The position numbers and the translations under genes are program-made. Of a stretch of DNA of 64,000 nt, positions 60,301 to 64,000 are shown piece by piece. The stretch is from Lophium mytilinum (Eukaryota): positions 1,751,918 through 1,815,917 of the forward strand of contig MU004188.1 in assembly GCA_010093605.1 (NCBI GenBank), written 5' to 3'. Position 1 is the first letter of the stretch. The number at the start of each line of letters is the position of its first letter. A model generated the notes under the pieces. That model searched no databases. It saw only the letters and a program-made list of their open reading frames with translations, and was not told the origin of the DNA.

Positions 60301-62663
60301 CGCTCTAGAGGCATTGAAATCTATCATGGAACAATGTGGAGAGTCGCTCACTGCAGGATGGGACTCGGTGTTTGTCGTACTGAAAAGCGCTTTTGAGACC
60401 CGTCATTCAAAGGACATTGGGACAGGCTCTCATGCATCCAGCGGACGGAGCAGGAACTTGTCTCTCCAAGCTTCCAGCGTCAGATCGAAAAGACTTGCTC
60501 GCTCAGCATTTGGGTCTGCGCATCTAGTGTGCTCAGATTTTCTAGCCGCAGTACCGGACAGCTCCATATCCACTCTTCTTGAATTGCTCATTCTCTTTTG
60601 CGCCCAACAAGACGACTTGAACATGTCCTTAACGGTGAGTAGTTTCTTTTCTCAGCTGTCCTGCTATCGGAAACCACTGACCTCCTTAGACTATTACCTT
60701 CTTCTGGAACGTTTCTGATTTTCTCCATAATCGAATAGACATGTCAGCCCTGCCTCGCGAGCATGCGGGAGATGATGTGCACCACGATATCGAGGAAGCG
60801 TCTAACCAAGGGTCTCTTCCTGCCCTCTGGATCCAAGTGCTGCTTCATCTCATTGCCGTCACCACTGATGACCGTATGGAAGTGAGAAATGGCGCAGTTC
60901 AAACAACTCTAAGGATCTTCGACAATTATGCGGACCAGATGTCCCCTGAGACATGGATGTTTTGTCTCCGCGTAGTGCTCTTCCGCATGATAGAAGCCAA
61001 TCTCAATGTGCAGCTGACCCTTAGGTCTTCGGAGCGAGGGGCTGATTCTGAGACCATCACGAGTTGGAACGATACTACGAAGGTGATTCTGAAAGCGATA
61101 ACCAGTTTATTCACGACTTATTTAGACACGATCGAAAGCTCGACAGACTTCGGTAATGCATGGGTTACGATTCTGCAGTTCTTCGAGCGATATTACACCT
61201 GTCGCTCGCATTCTCTTGGTGCATCCATCTTCACGGCTATCACTGGCGTCTTATCAAAAAGCCAAGATCCAAATAAAATAGGGGTTTCCGCCATTCTCCA
61301 GACTGCAAGCCTCTGGAGAAAGTACTTTGACCATCGAGGCCTCTGGCGAGCTGAAGGAGATAGCACTCACGAAGCCTTTGTCGCTTATGCTCAAGCCTTC
61401 AAGGAGATATACCGACTCAGCAAAGACGCAATAGAAGCTGAGCAAGTGCTTGGAATGATGACGAATCTCGAAGACTCCATTTTGCTATCCGAAAAGATCG
61501 CTTACTCTTCTGACGTCGACTACATGACACCTCTCCAGACGCAAGTCATCGAGTGTGTTGCATTAGTACGCTCAGATACCACTGGGGCCCCACCTTTCCT
61601 CGTCAAGCTACTATCTCGATTCGTAGCTCTCCCGTTCGCAAAAATGGCACCCGAGTCCGGACAGAAAGGTCCAACCTTCGTCGCGCTATCCAAGGCTGCA
61701 ATGGCCTTGCTACAATCCATTGCGATCAAGCATATAACCCTTGAAGAAGTCTTCACGAGCGGTGCCCTCGACTTCGCCCTTGCCAGCCTCGTCAAACCAA
61801 TCCAAGAAAAATACATTTGGCAGCTCGAAGGCAAAGCCCCCCCAACCTGGCAAAAGGCCACAAGCACAGCCCTCGCTATCCTAGAACCCGCGTTACCCCA
61901 ATCCCGCACCTTCTCCCTTACCAAAGAGGTGACGAAAAGCATCTGGGACCAAATCATCCACCTTGCCAACGCCATCGCCCACGCCGCCATCTCCTCTGCC
62001 CCTCCCACCACCAACTTCTCGAAAGACGAGCAATTCGACATCGCAGCATTAAAGAGCTTACGAGATATGACCACGCCCGCCCTCGGCAGCCCCTCTATCC
62101 CGGACACCACGAGACGCGCGTATACAGCCAATCTCTTCGCAAACTCCCTTATCCATGCGACCGAGCCTGGCGAGATCCCACCCCCCGGCACTGGCCCGCT
62201 CACAGATCTCTATAAACCCCGCTACGGCCGCACAGCCGACCCGCCGCCCGCTCTCCGCACGCGCATGGCATACGTTTGCCTCGCCGAGCTCGTGTCTCTT
62301 GTGTCCGTCCACGATAGCAGCGTCGAGCGCGTCAAGCTCTCGCAGGCGGCAGCGCCATACTTCATTCTCCGCGCGGCGCTGCCACTGAAGGCGTATATTG
62401 CGGACCAGCCGCTTAGGGGCCGCATGCCCCAGCCGGAGAGCCAGAAGCGGGAGTTGCTGGAAGTGGTGAGGGCGATGAAGGGGATGGAGTGTGAGCCCAG
62501 GGCTATTCCGGATGCGGAGGGGGTGAGTGCGCCGATGAAGAAGCATTTGGTGAGGCTATTTCCGCTGGTTTGTTCGGCGATTAGGGTCGCGAGGGGGGAT
62601 GGAGAGGTCAGTGGGGAGTTGATTGGGTTGGTGGAAGGGGTGGGGGAGGAGTTTGGGGTGTAG
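57321..62663 (+). CDS. MON2: Endosomal/Golgi scaffold Mon2, multi-exon
   Basis: MTAQILSSELANLIQDSKRKN, LDIQLKILQALPSL, NTAAATLQQLV, WKRALCMEVFRG, LDKSEAPNLPETYIY, PRDAFLTTLGKAAVP, QQDDLNMSLT, DDRMEVRNGA, ADQPLRGRMPQP. Confidence 0.93.
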
Positions 62664-63846
62664 ATGAGGGAGAGGAGGAGTAAGAGGGAGGATGGAGTCT
62701 GGTGCGAATGGAGGTTGGTCTCGAGAGAGGTCGAGTGACGGGAAACTAAGAAATATATCCCAGCCCGAAAATATTGGACACGTGTCAAGCACCGAGGAAG
62801 TGACACCGCGTGATTATCACAGTAGAAACAACCACGCCGTGCGGGCTCCCCAAAAGAATGCGAATCAGAAAGTGTAGAGCACTAAGCAAGCAACACTGCG
62901 GGAAAATAAAAGCATTTTCCTAAACCAGATGGACGTCAGGTTCAATGGTGTAGAGTCTAGAGAAAGGCACACCACGTCCATTACTCCCACGAGCAACTAC
63001 GACGCGTGATCATCTTATTTCAGATGGTTCGTCGGGATGAAATTGCAGAGCAAAGAGAGAGTGACATCGCTTGGTTGCACTTATCACGCCAGGGACCTCT
63101 AGATTGAGACAGCCACATTATATAGTCCTATATAAGTGTAGAGCACTGAGGAAGGAACGTCGCGTAGTTCTTTCTACACACAGAAGCAACCACGTTTTGT
63201 AACTCTTGTTGGGTTCAGATATTCAGGTTGAAAAGTGTGAAGTCCAAAAGAAGTAACATCGCGTGGTTGAAAGTGGTAGAAGTATCAACATACATAACTC
63301 CATCTCGTGGCTTCTATACTCTAAAAGACCCCTAAACCTGCATGAGTCGATCATGGGGCGTTGCGATTACACCGAATTTTTGGAAGGGACAAAATGGTGG
63401 CTTTTAATGGCCGATGGGCTTGCATCAACTCGTTTTGCTGGTTACTTTTTGATTCGCTGGTAACACTCAGTACCCTGGGAAATAAGAATGTGGCCCTTCA
63501 AAAGATAGCCCAATTCACATAGTCTTGATCTTCGACGGCCTACAAGAACGTAAAAGCTCCGGTGTAGACAGTGGCTTGGATATGGCAACGCAAGGGCTGT
63601 ATTCTTTCTCTCTCAACACCAGTGTAAGGAGCAGCCCAATTAGCGAGTGTTTAATTAGTAAAAATGCAGTTCAACTTCTACCGCATTAAAGTCAACATCT
63701 ACTGAAGATGTGAAATTCAGATGAGGGACTAAGTCGGATATAGCAGTGTTCGTACTTCACTATTGCTCGCCCAATCCCACTGTCAGGAGTAGCTCCACCT
63801 GCAAGTAGCCGCCCAGTCGAAAGGAAGTCTGTCTTCCACCGCGCCA

Positions 63847-64000
63847 TCACATCAGCCCCCTCGTCGCCTCCTCACTCTCCCCCATCCACTTCGCCAACAC
63901 ATCTCGATCCCGAACCCGAATCCCCACTTTAAACTTCCGCGGCTCCATCGTCAAGCTCGTCGGAATCGCATTCGCCTGCAGGCAGTCCAGAACAGGCATA
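63847..64000 (-). CDS. 3' end of a probable cytochrome P450 (phenylacetate hydroxylase/CYP504-like), truncated by window edge
   Basis: ...MPVLDCLQANAIPTSLTMEPRKFKVGIRVRDRDVLAKWM...* resembles CYP504 C-termini; heme motif lies outside the window. Confidence 0.55.
   Translation of the reverse strand, partial: MPVLDCLQANAIPTSLTMEPRKFKVGIRVRDRDVLAKWMGESEEATRGLM

Overview
Fungal (Pezizomycotina, probably Dothideomycete) chromosomal DNA. Two AT-rich islands carry a strong RIP signature (C:G to T:A changes, TpA excess). The first (1-6928) holds a full-length minus-strand Copia retrotransposon with 263-bp LTRs and an internal assembly gap, plus a stack of related LTR fragments. The second (28948-43751) is a ~4.0-kb PIF/Harbinger DNA transposon (short TIRs, ATA target duplication). 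It landed inside the stop codon of an MFS transporter gene, and a 10.8-kb chromodomain Gypsy element (234-bp LTRs, GTAGT TSD, an extra ~1000-codon ORF) later inserted into it. The GC-balanced parts hold intron-containing genes: DUF3176-type membrane protein, GST, two MFS transporters, GDE1, a UBA/AT-hook protein, a small CsbD-like protein, MAK21, a HET-C/TinC-family gene head-to-head with an intronless 960-aa ankyrin protein, a Zn2Cys6 factor, an LYR protein, MMS2, MON2 and the 3' end of a P450. The most notable observations are the stop-codon insertion, the extra retroelement ORF, a long hairpin intron, a 4-nt microexon in the GDE1 active-site motif, GAG splice acceptors and the het-c/ankyrin pair. 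Gene models and de-RIPed translations were read by eye; no database search was run.
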